A stretch of 64,000 nucleotides of DNA from Alphaproteobacteria bacterium (GTDB lineage Bacteria > Pseudomonadota > Alphaproteobacteria > GM7ARS4 > G965262615): NCBI GenBank assembly GCA_965262615.1, contig OZ253545.1, positions 1,248,001 through 1,312,000 on the forward strand. The letters are read 5' to 3'. The notes beneath the pieces are model-generated. The model did not search any database and was not told where the DNA came from. It worked only from the letters and a program-made list of their open reading frames with translations. Numbering within the stretch: the first letter of the stretch is position 1; each line of letters starts with the position of its first letter. Below are positions 9,765 to 24,700 of the stretch, one piece after another. Position numbers and translations under genes: made by a program.

Positions 9765-12700
9765 TCAGAAAAACAATTGCAGCGTGCCACTGTGACTTTG
9801 CGCTGCGCCACCGCCCATGCCAAAAATTCCCTGATAATTGAGATGCCCCGTCACTTCCTGTCCCAGCGATAGGGTCACGCCCACGCCCACATCAAAAAAT
9901 ATGGGGCTTCCCTCATCTTGATAAGAGACATCCACCGCCTCGCCAGAGGCTGTCGTCAACTGACTCTCCACCTCAATCTCTTGTCCCGTGACAAGATAAG
10001 TCATGCCCAGAGTGACCTGAGGCAGAAACACATTATTTCCTGCACCAGCACCGTATGCCATTCCCATGTCCACCGCTCCCCTCAAGCTGGCATAGGTGTG
10101 AGAGGCATCCTGCACATTCAATGACGCATCCAAATCAAGCCCATTGACACCTTTCTGTTGCAATGATTCCGATGTCCCTGCCAACAACACCTGCATGATG
10201 GATGCCGAAAAAGAAGGCTCAATATAATCATCAGCCGACCAGCCATAACGATACGATCCCGCACCATGCACCCCCACAAAGCCCACTGAAGGCGACGACT
10301 CATAAAAATCGCCAAAAACCTGACGCTGCACCTGATACAAATTGTAGCCTCCGGCAATACCCATCCCCAGCCGATAGCCTCGCTGTTGCGTCATGTGATA
10401 CTCGGAGAGGTGAACTGATGACGCAAAAGTCAATCTGTGTCCGCTGGCATCACTGTCGCCGCCTTCGTTGGTGTGATTAACATAGGAATAATTGCCGCCC
10501 AAGCTGACAAAAAGATCAGGACGCAATGCCACATCCCACATGGCTTCCAAGCCAACGGGTGTGTGTTCCGTAAAGCCAATGGCAGCCTCACTGTTACTGC
10601 GCGTGAGCATTGAACTGGAGATGGCACTGCGCGCACACATCACCACCCCATTTTGCTTCTTCAACCACGACAAACGCTTCTCCTGCCCCGCAAAAGCACT
10701 CACATCGCCACATGAGGGTTTCATCACGACTCGGCTGAAATTCTGCTCGGCAAACCAATTGGCTTGCACCAACGAGGCATAAATCGTCCCCGCCAATGAC
10801 GATAAGTCATTGCCATACACATCCAACCTCTTTTCGGCATCTTCCAAGCGACCATTGTCGGTGACCCGCGCCTCCAAATAAGTATAAAGACTTTCCAGAA
10901 AATCATACAACGAGTCGGAAAGAGAGGGGCTTTCTGACAAGCGATTGAGAGAACGAGCAATGTGCGTCTCACGCTCCTTGAGGTCACTGATGCCATCGCC
11001 GTCGCGATCCCCCAGCAGTAAAAAATCAAAACTGTTCATGTTCTCCAGCGCGAAATTGAGTCCTTGAGATTCATCCAGTGCGCCACTGAGTCGCCCCCGA
11101 TACTGTCTGCCATCTTTGGTGATGAAGCGAATGGATTGCACCCATCGCTTCAAAATATCAAGACGACCCTCGGTCACGGTATTGCCCGCTTGATTGGTGA
11201 TGACCACCGCCCTTGCCGCCTTGAGAAATGGCTCGGTGCTGGCAAATGACAATCGCCGTGTCGCCTGTCCGCCAAAAAATCGCTCAACATCGGTGAGATA
11301 AACCTTTGTGAATGGCAAGCGTCCGTCATCATTGAGCTCCATCGTCACAGTGGTATCGCTCATGGTGATGCCTTGCACCGTTTGGTTAGCCAGTGCGATG
11401 TTGCCACTGTTCATGTAAATGTCCATGGTTGCGCCCTGCCTGATGTGCCAATCTTCCAGCGAGACAAAGGGCACATCCTTCACCGCCACCGAACGGCTTC
11501 CCAGAATCATCTCGCCATGACTGATGAGGCGATCGCGCCCGTCACCAAAATTCATGACACCCGAAGATGTGGTGAGGGTTGTGCTTTGTCCAATGGTGAC
11601 GGTGTCATTGCCGCCGCCAAGCGTGATGCGCCCCATGACACTGCCGCCGTTAATGGTCATGGTGATGTTGCCTGAAAAGGTGGAATTGATGATTTCATTC
11701 GCTGTGACCGTGCCCGATGTCAAGTTGATGGTGGCGGCGGTGGTGGATGAGCCGCCCGTCAAAGCGATCGCCGCGCCACTGCCCACATTGATATTGCCCG
11801 AATTGGTGATGGTGACCGTGCCAGAGCCGCCGTGATTGACCAAAATCCCCCGATGCCCTGTTCCGCAATTGCTTGAGCAGCTAGAGATAAAGCCGATGGT
11901 TGTTCCACTATTATTGTTTACGCTCACATTGCCCGTTCCCGCCGATGTTGCCTCAATGCCGCGCAAGCCGTTACGATAGGGCGCGCCCGCAAACACCAAA
12001 TTACCGCCATTCGTGATGGTGACACCCACAGACGACTTCACATAAAGAGCCGCTTTGCCTGCCCCCCGCACCTGAACATCATGCTTGGTGGCAGAGGCGG
12101 TCTGATTATTGACCGTCACACTTCCCGTTACCCGAGAACCTGCCATCGTTCCATCAATCGTGATGCCATGTCCTGCGGAATTGACCCCATTGATGACACC
12201 GCTCATGTTACGCAATTCCACCGTCAAATCGCCGTTGTAATGAGCGTTTTTGCTCAGGTCGTCTCTGTCGGTGATGCTGGCAAAAAAGCGATCCATGTTT
12301 AATCCCTCACCGCGCTCGGCGGCATCATTGGCAGACCCTTCACACAGCATCAAACTGCTGGCTGCCACAAAGCGACAATTCAAAGTGGTGGGATTTGCCC
12401 CCGAATTCAAATTGCTCCATGTCATGGTGATATGACCGCCACTCACCGCAAGGGTGATGGTATCGGCGCGCAGCAATCGTCCTGAAGCGTTATACATTTT
12501 GATGCGAGCGTCATTGGGAAAAATAGACACGGTTTTGTTGAGCCCTCGCAAAACCGCATCCGTGGCACTCGCCGTGCTGCCAGACAATAAATTAAACGGC
12601 GCAGCAAGGGTTTGATGTCCCGATGAATCCAAAGAAAAATCCGATGGCAAATAGACTCGCAATTCGTCCAGCAATGCCAGAGTGATGGTCGCCCCACTGC

Positions 12701-15700
12701 CAATCGCCACCGCCCTGAACAATTGATTGCCTGCGCCCGCCGCCGTGTTGCGCGTCAAATACAGTTGCAGCGTGCTCCCTGCATTGAGGTTGAAGTTCTC
12801 CAAGCCACTGAGCATCACGCCATCCGAACCACTGGTGGCATTTCCCATAATCAGAGTGCCATTGTTATTCACCGTGAGGCTATCTGTTCCACCGCCGAAG
12901 GCAGATGTGCCGTTTGTCAGCGTCATTGTTCCGCCATTCACGGTGACGGTGTCGCTGCCGCCGCCTGTGGTGATGCGTCCCGTTGCCGTGCCGCCAGCCA
13001 TGGTCATGGTGACATTGCCCGAAAAGTCCGAGTTGATGATTTCATTCGCCGTGACCGTGCCTGATGTGAAATTAATTGTTGCGGTGTCATTGGACGCGCC
13101 ACCCGTGAGAGACACCGCCGCACCTGAAACATTAATATTTCCCGTGTTGGCAACCATCACAGCTGCCGTTGCCGTTCCAGCTTCCACACGGATACCGTGT
13201 GCCGCCGTGCCAGAACCCGTGAGATTGATTACGCCTGCATTGCTCACACTTACTGTTCCTGAGCCAGCGTGATTCACCAAAATCCCCCGATGACTCGTGC
13301 CACAATTGGATGAACAATCAGTAGCAAAGCCGATGGTTGTTCCCGTATTATTGTTTATGCTCACATTTCCTGTGCCTGCTGAAATCGCCTCAATGCCCCG
13401 CAGTCCAGAATTGTGGGTATTGTCAGAAAGAGGCTTAAAAACCAATGATGCCGCATTATTGATGGTGACACCTATTGCCGACTTCACATACAGAGCCGCC
13501 TTGTTTGCTCCACGCACCAACACATTGTTCTTTGTGCCTGTGGTTTGATGATTGACCGTCATTGTGCCACTCACAAACGACCCATCCAGAGTGCCATCCA
13601 AAGTAATGCCGTGGTCGTCACCACTGTTATTGATTACTCCTCCCAAGTCAAACAAGGTGACTGTCAAATTACCCAGATGATTGCCACTGACAAACGGACG
13701 ACTCGCAACATTAAGATGGGCTTGTCTGAATAGGCGTCCCATTTGCATGCCGTTTGCGCGATCGCTATCGCTGGTGTTGGCATCGGCGACACACACCAGA
13801 TTATTGACACTATAGTTGGAAGAACAATCAAATCCCGACTCCTCAAGAACAATGGACAGCTGTGACCATGCCAGCTGCAACAGATTGCCACTGACCGAAA
13901 GCGTAAAGACGGCATTCCATTGCTGCGACCCCGAAAAAAGCTGCAAACGACTCGCCAATAGCTGCAGCATCTCCGCCTGAGTGGGAACAGTTCCCGATGG
14001 TGTGGCACGCTCAATGCCGCCTGTGCTCCAGATGGTAAACGCCGTTTGCGTGGCATGGGTTCTTTGGCTGATCGTCCCTGACGGCAAATTAATATTGATA
14101 AATGGCGCATCGTTGCCATTGCGAGTGGCATAAAATCTCACCTTATAGCTGGGAGCGGTGCTGGGGGCGGTGCTGGTCAAGCCATTGAGTCCCAAAACAA
14201 CCGTAGAGTTCGCCCGCACATTGAAATAATTCAAACCACTGATGGTGAGTGACTTCAAGGCTTGATTGCTGCTGGCTTGTCCCAAACGCACCGTGCCGTA
14301 ATTAGTGATGACACTGTCGGAAGCATTGTCGCGATCAAAATTATATGTGCCACCGCCATTGAGGGTGAGGATGCCATAATTGGTGAGGGTGTTTGTGCCG
14401 CCGCCCAAATCAAGACTGGTGAGAGAGGCACGGGGTGCGGTGGCATCGGTATAATTGGTGTTCGCCGCGCCAATGGTGATGGTATCGTTGCCGTCACCAA
14501 CGCTCATGCCGCCTGAGATTTGATTGCCACTGCCGCCCCCCGTATGGGTGAAAGTGACGGCGGCGTTTGCCCTATTATTGGAATCAACGGGCTTGAGATG
14601 GATGATATCGCCTCCTGCGCGCACACCGCCTGTATTGGCAATGGTGATGGCGGCGGTGGTGCTGCCCACATCCAGATAGAATGCGTGCGAGCCACTGTGC
14701 GTTCCCACATCAATGACCCCAACGCCGCTATTGATGGTGATGACCCCACTGCCCGCCCGTTTGACAAAAATCCCCCGCGTGTTATTGCCAAACGATGATG
14801 CGCCACTGACATAGCCAATTGTGCCATTGGCGGTGGTGATGGCAATGGCATCATTGCCAGTGCTGATGGACTCGGCATAAATTCCCACAAGGCGATTGAG
14901 AGTCGTGCCTGATGTTTGCCCCGGTGTGGTCATGCGAATTTCATGATTATTGGCAATGGTGATGGCGAGTGCTTTTTGCGAGCGGGCATAAATGGCGGCA
15001 GCCCCCACATCGCCGCTCACGGTTGTTGCCGATGAGCCAAAAACATACATGTGCCTTGCCTGACCGGCATTATAGTTAAAGGTCAAATCCCCCGTGACGG
15101 CACTGCCAGGGGATGTGCCGTCCACAATGATGCCATGCCCCGAATGAGTCGCCGTTGCTCCATAATTGATGGAATACTGATTTTGCGCCACATTGATGAG
15201 CTGTGGCAGCGACAGCGTCAAATCACCACTGTGGGTGCCATCCGCCAATGATTGACCCACGGCGGCAAACATGCGTCCCAGATTAAGCCCTCCTTGCAGC
15301 TCGGCAATGGCGGCGGCGGAGGCGGTGGTTGCCTCACAGGTGAGGGCATTGCCCACCAAGCGACAGGTCAGAGCCGATGCGTCATAATGAAAGCGCATAT
15401 CGCTCCACGACAGGGTGAGGTCTTGATAGCCCGCCACAGACGAATTGACCGCCGTCAAAGAAAAGTTCGCCCGCACTCCAAGACTGCCTTTGGGCGCATC
15501 ACTGGCGAATAACACATCATCATCCAACTGGTCGCCCATGGCGGTCAGCAGCGCACCCAATGACGCACGATTGCTGCCAGAACCCAGCGCAACCGATGAC
15601 ACACGCCACAAAACAAAACTTTGATTGCCACTCTGCAAGGCAAAAGTCGCAGGCGTATGCACAGTGATGGTGGGCACGGCAAGAGACGAATCAATTAATT

Positions 15701-18700
15701 GCAAGGCAAAATCATGACGGCGCGTGTTGTCAGCCAGATTCGTTCCCGAGCCTTGCAGATAAAAATGAAGACGGCTCTGAGGATGCCAGCGCATGACATC
15801 CAAGCCGCTCAGTGAGATATCATTGCTGACAACGCCCCTGCCTCCCATATGGAGCGTGCCGTAATGTTCAAAATTCGCCACCACATTGCCCGTTCCTGTG
15901 GCGTGATAGATGGCGTTGGAGCTGACAATGGTGCCGCGATTGACAATATCCACCGTGTGATTGTGCGCCCCCCCCACAACATAAAACGCCGCATTGCGAT
16001 TGGCGTTGTCGGCAAAGTTTCCCATCACATCAATGACGGTGTCAGAGCCGATTTCCACATCAATATCACTGACGGCACGGGAGGCATCCACATAGATGGC
16101 ATAATGACCATTGCCGCGATTGGCACATCCTTTGCTGGTTTGGGTGCAGGCGTGGGTGTCGGCAAAGCCGATGCGAGCGACATCCTTATTGCGATCATCG
16201 GTGCGAATCACCACCTTGCCACCCGCCGTGCTCTCCACATAAATGGCGGCGGTGTTGTTGTAGAAATTCGTGCCATTGTGAGAGCCAAAAAGCAGCTCAA
16301 GAGCCGTTCCCGCCTGTGCCGAGCCAAGACGCACATCCACATCCATTCCATGACGCACCCGAACGATGGATTCAATGGTGCTGTCACTGTCTCCTCGCAC
16401 AACCAATTGAGAAATCGCACCCTGCCGATTATTCACCGCGCTGTTTTGTCCGATGCGAATGGCAAGGTCACCCATGACCAATGACCCCAACGCATCCCCA
16501 TCAAAAAACAGGGCATCGTTATAAATCATGGCACTTTGATTATTGGCAGACGCATCAATGCGGGTGATGGCAATGGCGGCATCGGCAAAAATAATGTGTC
16601 TGTTATTGCCACTGACATTGCGATAGGTGAACGCTTCTTCTAAATCAAAGCGCGATGCGCTGGTGATGGTGCAGCTGAGCGCGGCGGAGCATTGGGTGTT
16701 GGTGGCGGTGGGCGTGGCTTTCCACTGTAATTGCAAAACCGCCCCACCCGAGGTGTGATTCCATTGAAAGGCATAAATTCTGCCACTGATGGCAACATTG
16801 CTTGAAATGGATGAATCTCTGGTGGCAAACCCTCGCACCTGACGCTCCGTGATGCCACTGAAGCTGAGTCCATTGCTGCCCAACACGGGAAAACGATAGA
16901 GATCAATGGTGGCGGCGGCGGTGGTGTCGCTGGCGGCAAAAACAAGGTCAAAACTGGGTGCAGCAGAAGATGTGCCGTAGAGAATATGCCGCCCACCGCT
17001 CATATCCACAAAGCAATAGGCATTGGCGGCGCAGCTTGTTCCCTCGCCTTTTTTCACATAGAGCCGTAGGGTGCTGGTGGCACGATAATGAAAAGTCTCC
17101 AAAGCCGTCACGGTGACATCATGAGACGACCCCGAAGAGCCTCCTCGCACCCATGTTCCTGCCAGATCAAAAGCATCCGTGCCGCCGCCAAAATTCATAG
17201 CACCCGACGATGTGGTGAGGGTTGCGCTTTGTCCAATGGTGACGGTGTCACTGCCGCCGCCAAGAGTGATGCGTCCCGAAGCACTGCCACCGTTAATGGT
17301 GACTGTCACATTACCCGCAAAATCTGAGTTAATAATCTCATTCGCTGTCACCGTTCCTGATGTGAAATTAATAGTGGCGGTGTCGGCAGCTTCCCCGCCC
17401 GTCAAAGATACCGCCGCGCCCGACACATTAATTGTTCCCGTGTTGCTGATGGTCACCGCTTCGGTCGCCGTCCCCGCCTCCACACGAATGCCATGTGATG
17501 CCGTGCCAGACCCCGTGAGATTGATGCTTCCTGCATTGCTCACGCTTACTGTTCCTGATCCAGCATGATTCACCAAAATCCCCCGATGCCCTGTTCCGCA
17601 ATTGCTTGAGCAGCTAGAGCTAAAGCCGATGGTTGTTCCCGTATTATTGTTTATGCTCACATTTCCTGTGCTCGCCGAAATCGCCTCAATGCCACGAATT
17701 CCATTGTTGTAAGGTGTTCCAGCAAACATCAGATTGCCGCCGTTGGTGATGGTCACGCCCACCGCCGACTTCACATACAGAGCCGCCTTGTTTGTTCCTC
17801 GCACCGACACATCTTGTTTTGTGCCGGTGACATTGAGATTGACGGTGATGCTGCCGGTCACCCGAGATCCGGTTTTACTGCCGTCAATCATGATGGCATG
17901 GTCTGTGCCGTTGGTATTGACCGTCCCCGCCAGATTCAGCAGTGTGAGGGAGAAGTCACCATTGCGCGTGCCGCTTTGCAAAGCATTGACACTGCGGAAA
18001 ATATCGGTGGCATCCATGCCATAGAGAAATTCATCATGGGTGGTGTCACCGCCCGAGCAGGTCACTGTCGCTCCGCTATCATTGGTGATGCAATTCATGG
18101 AGCTTGTGATGATTTGTCTTGTGAGATTTTGCCAAGCGATTTGCAGATTATCCGCCGAGCCCTCAGACAGCGTCACCGTGCCGCTATAGCGAGAGCCATT
18201 GTGGGTGTAGATTCGCACCCGCGCCGCCAGTTCGGCAAAAGTAAGCGTGGATGCCAGTGATAAATCCGTGCCATCAATAAGGGTGAAGGCACTCTCATCG
18301 CCAAGCGTGATGCCACGGGGCAGATAAATGGCAATGATGGGCGCGTCACTGGATGTTGTGCCATTGATGGTGATGGCGGAAGGCAGGGTGAGGGCGATAT
18401 CAAAATTGTTGTTGGTGCGAGTCAAGTAAAGCCGCAAGGAGCTGCCCGCATTGAGGGTGAATGAATTGAGCCCAGTCACGGTGACTCCTTTTGAGCCATT
18501 GGTGGCATCACCCACAATCAGCGTGCCGCCACTATTCACCGTGACGCTATCTGTTCCACCGCCAAATGCCGATGTGCCGTTTGTCAGCGTCATTGTGCCG
18601 CCATTGACCGTGACGGTGTCATTGCCGCCGCCGAGCGTGATACGCCCCATTGCGCTACCGCCACTCATGGTCATGGTGATGTTGCCTGCAAAGCTGGAAT

Positions 18701-21700
18701 TGATAATCTCGCTCGCCGTGACCGTGCCCGATGTCAAATTGATTGTGGCGGTGTCGGCAGATGCACCTCCTGTCAAAGACACCGCCGCGCCCGCCACATT
18801 GATAGTTCCCGTGTTGCTGATGGTCATCGCTTCGGTCGCCGTCCCCGCCGAAACCTGTATGCCATGTGCCGCCGTGCCAGAACTGGTGAGATTAATTGTT
18901 CCAGAATTTGTGATGCTCACCGTGCCAGAGCCAGCATGATTGACAAAAATACCCCGATGACTCGTGCCACAATTGGTGGTGCAGTTTGTCGCAAAGCCGA
19001 TGGTGGCAGAATTTGTGATGCTGACACTGCCTGTGCCTGCCGAAATCGCCTCAATTCCCCGCAGTCCAGAACTGTGGGTATTGCCCGTCCCAGACTTAAA
19101 GACCAATGATGCCGCATTATTGATGCTCACGCCCACAGATGATTTCACATACAGAGCGGCTTGGTTTGCCCCTCGCACCTGCACTTCTTTTCTGGCATTG
19201 GCAGCGGTGGTGGTTTGATGATTGAGGGTGATATTTCCCGTCACTCGTGACCCTGTCACCGTGCCATCCAGCGTGATGCCGTGTCCTGTTCCTGTGGCAT
19301 TCACATGCGCGCCCAAATTATTGAGATTGAGGATGAGATTGCCCGCAAGAGACGAACCCGTGACATTGACCTTGCCGAAAATGGTAGCAAGTGTGAGCCC
19401 CGATGCAAAATCGCTATCGGTTCCCCCCATGCAGTCAATGGTATTGCCGGTGCGGGTGCAATAAAGCCGAGCAATGAGATCGCTCCATGCGATGCGCAGT
19501 TCCTCGCTCACTTCGGTGAGGGTAATCGTTCCTTCGTATGTCACGATGCCTTTTTGGATGACAACGCGCTCTTGCAGATGAGCCAGGGTGATTCCCGACA
19601 GTGTGAGGGTGGTGGAATCAATAATGGCAAACGCGTTTTTGTCGGCGACCACATAGCCAGAGGGCAGATGCAGCTCAATGATGGGTGTGGTGGCGGCACC
19701 GCCTGCCAAAGTCACCGTTCCAGCGATTGTCAAAGCATTGAAATTGCTGTCCATATAAAGACGCAGTCTGCTATTGGCATTGAGATTGAAATTCTCCAAG
19801 CCCGAAATTGTTACGCCATCCGAGCCGTTGGTGGCATTCCCCATAATCAGCGTGCCATTGTTATTCACCGTGAGGCTATCCGTCCCTGAGCCGAAGGCAG
19901 ATGTGCCGTTTGTCAGCGTCATTGTGCCGCCATTGACCGTCACGGTGTCACTGCCGCCGCCGAGCGTGATGCGCCCCAAAACACTGCCGCCGTTAATGGT
20001 GACTGTCACATTACCTGAAAAATCTGAGTTAATAATCTCACTCGCCGTCACCGTGCCAGATGTCAGGTTGATGGTGGCGGTGTCAGCAGACGCTCCCCCC
20101 GTCAAAGACATCGCCGCACCCGCCACATTAATTGTTCCCGTATTGCTGATGGTGACGGCTGCCGTTGCTGTTCCAGCGTCCACACGGATGCCATGTGCGT
20201 CTGTGCCAGAACCCGTGAGATTAATTGTTCCAGAATTTGTGATACTCACCGTGCCAGAGCCAGCATGATTGACCAGTATGCCTCTATGGTTGCTGCCGCA
20301 ATTGGTGGTGCAGTTTGTCGCAAAGCCGATAGTGGCAGAATTCGTGATGGTCATGCTGCCTGTTCCCGCCGAAATAGCCTCAATTCCCCGTAGTCCATTG
20401 TTGTAAGGTGTTCCAGCAAACACCAGATTGCCACCGTTGGTGATGGTCACACCCGCCGCCGACTTCACATACAGAGCCGCCTTGTTTGCGCCTCGCACCG
20501 ACACATCGCGCCTCGTGCCTGTGGTTTGATGATTGACGGTCAGACTGCCCGTGACCTGTGAGCCTGCCACCGTGCCATCCAGCGTGATGCCATGACCCGT
20601 GCCACTGGTGTTGACCGCACTGGTGAAACTATGAAGAGTCACGGTGAGATTGCCCGAACGCAATCCTTCCGCCGCCAATTCCGACACATCGGCAAACATG
20701 CGATCCATCGTCAGACCGCCACTGAGCTCACTGGCAGAGCCACCCGTGCAGGTCAGAGTCGGCACGCTGTAAGAACAATCCAATGTGCTGGCGGCAACAG
20801 ACGCAAAAAGACCCGTCCACGACACTTGCAAATTCTCGCCGTCCTCACGCAAAACAAATCTGCCTCTGTAGGTGACAGCCCCACGCAGCACCTTCACCCG
20901 AGCATCCAAGTCAGCCAGATTGGCAATGGTGAGAGAACCACTGCCTGTGTCAATCAAATCAAAAGCCGTGCGGTCGGAAAGATCGTAACTGGCGGGAAGA
21001 TGAATCTCAATCACGGGGGCATTGCTGCCCGTGCCATTAAAACGCACAGCAGAAGATAACTTCACAGCATTGAAATCTCTCCCCAAATAAAACCGCACAG
21101 TGCTGCCGGACTCCGCCGTGAAGCTCTCCAACCCTCTGATGATGAGATTGCCCGCAGAGCGTGTCCTCATGCCAAAATGCACCGTGCCGCGATTGGTCAC
21201 AGAGTCCGTGCCAGAGCCAAAATCAGAAATCAGAGAATCCCAACGCCATGTGCCGTTCGCCGCAACGCTCACCGCATCATTGCCACCGCCACTGCGCACA
21301 CCACCTTGAACATTTGCACCACCAGCAATGCTCACCGTGCTGTTGCCACCCAAATCTTCACCCCAGTAAATGTAGGTTGCCGAAACATCCGAGCCACTGG
21401 CAAAAGTCACATTGGCACTCTTGCCCGAGCCTCCCTCAACCGCAATGGCGATGTTACGAGAATTGATGCTGCCACTGTTGCTGATGGTGGCACTGGCGAC
21501 AGAGGACGGATGAGACAGTTCAGCCAAAATCCCCACCATCCTAATGACACCAATGGTGGCATTCACATTGATGTCGCCACTGTTCACAATACTGATATTC
21601 CCCGTGCCGATATGACTCGCCGCAATGCCACGGTGAGCTTGTCCACAACTCACCGTGCATGTAGCAGAAAAGCCAAGAGTGGCAGAAGAATTATTGGTGA

Positions 21701-24700
21701 CGGTCAGATTGCCCGTTCCTGTGGCAATGGCGTGAATGCCATAAAGAGATGACTCATGGCGACCAGCATTGGTGGCAAACTGCACATTCGCTCCATTAAC
21801 AACAGTGACGGCGTTTCGTCCTTTGACATACAACCCCGCCTGACCACGATGGCGCACTTGCACATCACGCTTTGTGCCGGTGGTCTGATGATTGACCGTC
21901 AGATTGCCGCTCACCCGTGAGCCTTCCCGTGCCCCATCAATGCGCACACCATGACCCGTGCCATCCGAGTTGATGGTGGTGTCGGTCACATTGTTAATGG
22001 TGACGGTGAGATTGCCCGTGTGAACACCATCTTGCAAAGAGGTGATGTCTTGAAACAAACGCCGAGCATTGATGCCTGAATTGAGTTCGCTGACATTGCC
22101 GCCCGTGCAGGTGAGGGTGGTGCTGGCAAGGGCACAGGTCATGGTGGAGGCGGTGGTGTTGACCACCGCCATATTGCTCCAGCGCATCGTCAGAGCGGTG
22201 GGAATGGCGTTGGTGCTGGTGACACCCAGTTCAATAAAACCAACATATTCCGTGCTACCGTCTGACGAGAACAGACGCACCTGAGATGCCAAGTCCGCCA
22301 AATCAAAAACGCTATTGGGAACAAAAGCCGTGGCACTCAGAAGGGTGAAATAGTTTTGATCGCTGATGCTATACCCAGACGGCAGATACACATGCAATGC
22401 GGTGGGGTCTTGTCCCACCGTGCTATTGACATTCACACGCCCCGACAGAGTCATGGCGGTGTCAAAGACACTGGCGGTGCGACTCAGATAAAGCCCCATG
22501 GTGGTATTGGCATTGACGGTGAATGTCTCCAAGCCGGTCACGGTGACTCCTTTTGAGCCATTGGTGGAATTTCCCATAATCAGAGTACCGCCGCTGAGTG
22601 TCATGCTATCAGTGCCCCCGCCAAATGCCGATGTGCCGTTTGTCAGCGTCATTGTGCCGCCACTGACCGTCACACTGTCACTGCCCCCCGCCAGAGTGAT
22701 GCGCCCCGTGGCACTGCCGCCGTTCATGGTCATGGTGATGTTGCCTGCAAAGCTGGAATTGATAATCTCGCTCGCCGTGACCGTGCCAGATGTGAGGCGA
22801 ATGGTGGCTGTGTCGGCAGCTTCCCCGCCCGTCAAAGACACCGCCGCACCCGCCACATTAATTGTTCCCGTGTTGCTGATGGTCACCGCTTCGGTCGCCG
22901 TCCCCGCCGACACCTGTATGCCATGTGATGCCGTGCCAGAACCCGTAAGATTAATTGTTCCAGAATTTGTGATGCTCACCGTGCCAGAGCCAGCGTGATT
23001 CACCAAAATCCCCCGATGCCCTGTTCCGCAATTGGTGGTGCAGTTTGTCGCAAAGCCGATGGTGGCAGAATTGCTGATGCTCACACTGCCTGTTCCTGCC
23101 GAAATCGCCTCAATGCCGCGCAAGCCATTGTTGTAAGGTGTTCCAGAAAACACCAGATTGCCGCCGTTGGTAACACTCACGCCCGCCGCCGACTTCACAT
23201 ACAGAGCCGCTTTGTTCGTCCCTCGCACCTGAATATCTCGCTTGGTGGCAGAAGCGGTCTGATTATTGACCGTCATACTTCCCGTCACCCGAGAATCCGT
23301 CACCGTGCCATCCAGCTCAATGCCGTGACCTGTGCCCGCCGTGTTCACAGTCGCCGCCAGAGATGCCGTTGACGAGCCAAAATTAACCGTCAAATCACCC
23401 GTGAAAACACCGCTTGATAATGAATCAATCTTTCTAAAAATATCATCCAAATCAAAGCCATCCACAAACTCAAAACTGCTGGCACTGCCGCCACTGCAGG
23501 TGATGGCAGTGCTCACCAACCGACAGTTTAACGCCTCACCAATCGTCCCCCACGCCAACTGCAACTGACCTCCTGTGGCGCGCGATAAGGTGAAATCACC
23601 GTCATACACCGTACCATCATGACTGCGCACGACCAGACGGCGAGCCAACTCCGAGAAAGTCAGAGTGGATTGCAAAACAATCGCCGATGCATCAATCAAG
23701 GTAAACGCCGAACGACTCCCAGATGTATAGCCCGCAGGAAGAAACAACTCAAGGATGGGAGCATTTCGGTCATTGCTGCCATTGAAAGTCACCGTGCCGG
23801 ATATATCCACCTTGCCAAAAAGACTATCCAGATACAAACGCAGCGTGCTGTTCGCCGCCAGTGTGAAAGTCTCCAAGCCGGTGATGCTAATATAGCGTGA
23901 CACCTGTGTGCTGCTGCCAATCGCCATGATGCCGCGATTGGTGATGGAATCGGTGCCGCCACCAAAAGACGAATTGTAATTGATTGTCCAACTGCCGTTC
24001 GCAAAAACCGACACAGATTCATTGCCCGTTCCCCCCATGATGCCTCCCGTCACAATAGCATAAGAGCCAATATTCACGGTGCTGTTGCCACCAAACTGCT
24101 GACTCCAATAGGCAATCAACGCCGAGGTACGAGACCCATTGTTGAAACTAAGAGTGGCGGTTTTACCTGTTCCCCCCACCACATTGATGGCAATATCACG
24201 AGCCTCAATAATGCCCGTATTGTCAATGCTCACACTGGCAGCGGCACTTGATGATGGCAGTTCCGCAAGAATTCCCACCATGCCCACAGCATTGACGGTA
24301 TTGCTCACCCGAATGACACCCGCATTGACAATATCAATGTCCCCCGTGCCGATATGACTCGCCGCAATGCCACGATGATTTGCCCCACAGTTTGCAGTGC
24401 AAGCAGCAGAAAAGCCAATGGTGGTGGCAAAATTGTTGGTGACGGTCAGATCGCCCGTTCCTGTGGCAATGGCATGAATGCCATAAAGAGATGAGGCGTA
24501 TTGACTGTTATTGGTGGCAAACAACACATTGGCACCATTGGTCACGGTCACGGCGTTTCGTCCTTTGACATACAGCCCCGCCTGACCGCGATGGCTTACC
24601 CGCACGGTGCGCTTTGTGCCGGTGGTTTGATGATTGACCGTCAGACTGCCGCTCACCCGTGAGCCTTCCCGTGCCCCGTCAATACGCACACCGTGACCCG

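Noticed and set aside
9761-9823. ORF-track N-terminal extensions of rsmD (9823) and of the dehydrogenase (1920)
   Set aside because: Both overlap the upstream gene; the downstream ATGs at 9760 and 1785 fit the packing and family N-termini better.
16389-16397. RGD motif (another near 62250)
   Set aside because: A few RGDs are expected by chance in ~18,000 Gly-rich residues, and they are not conserved between modules.
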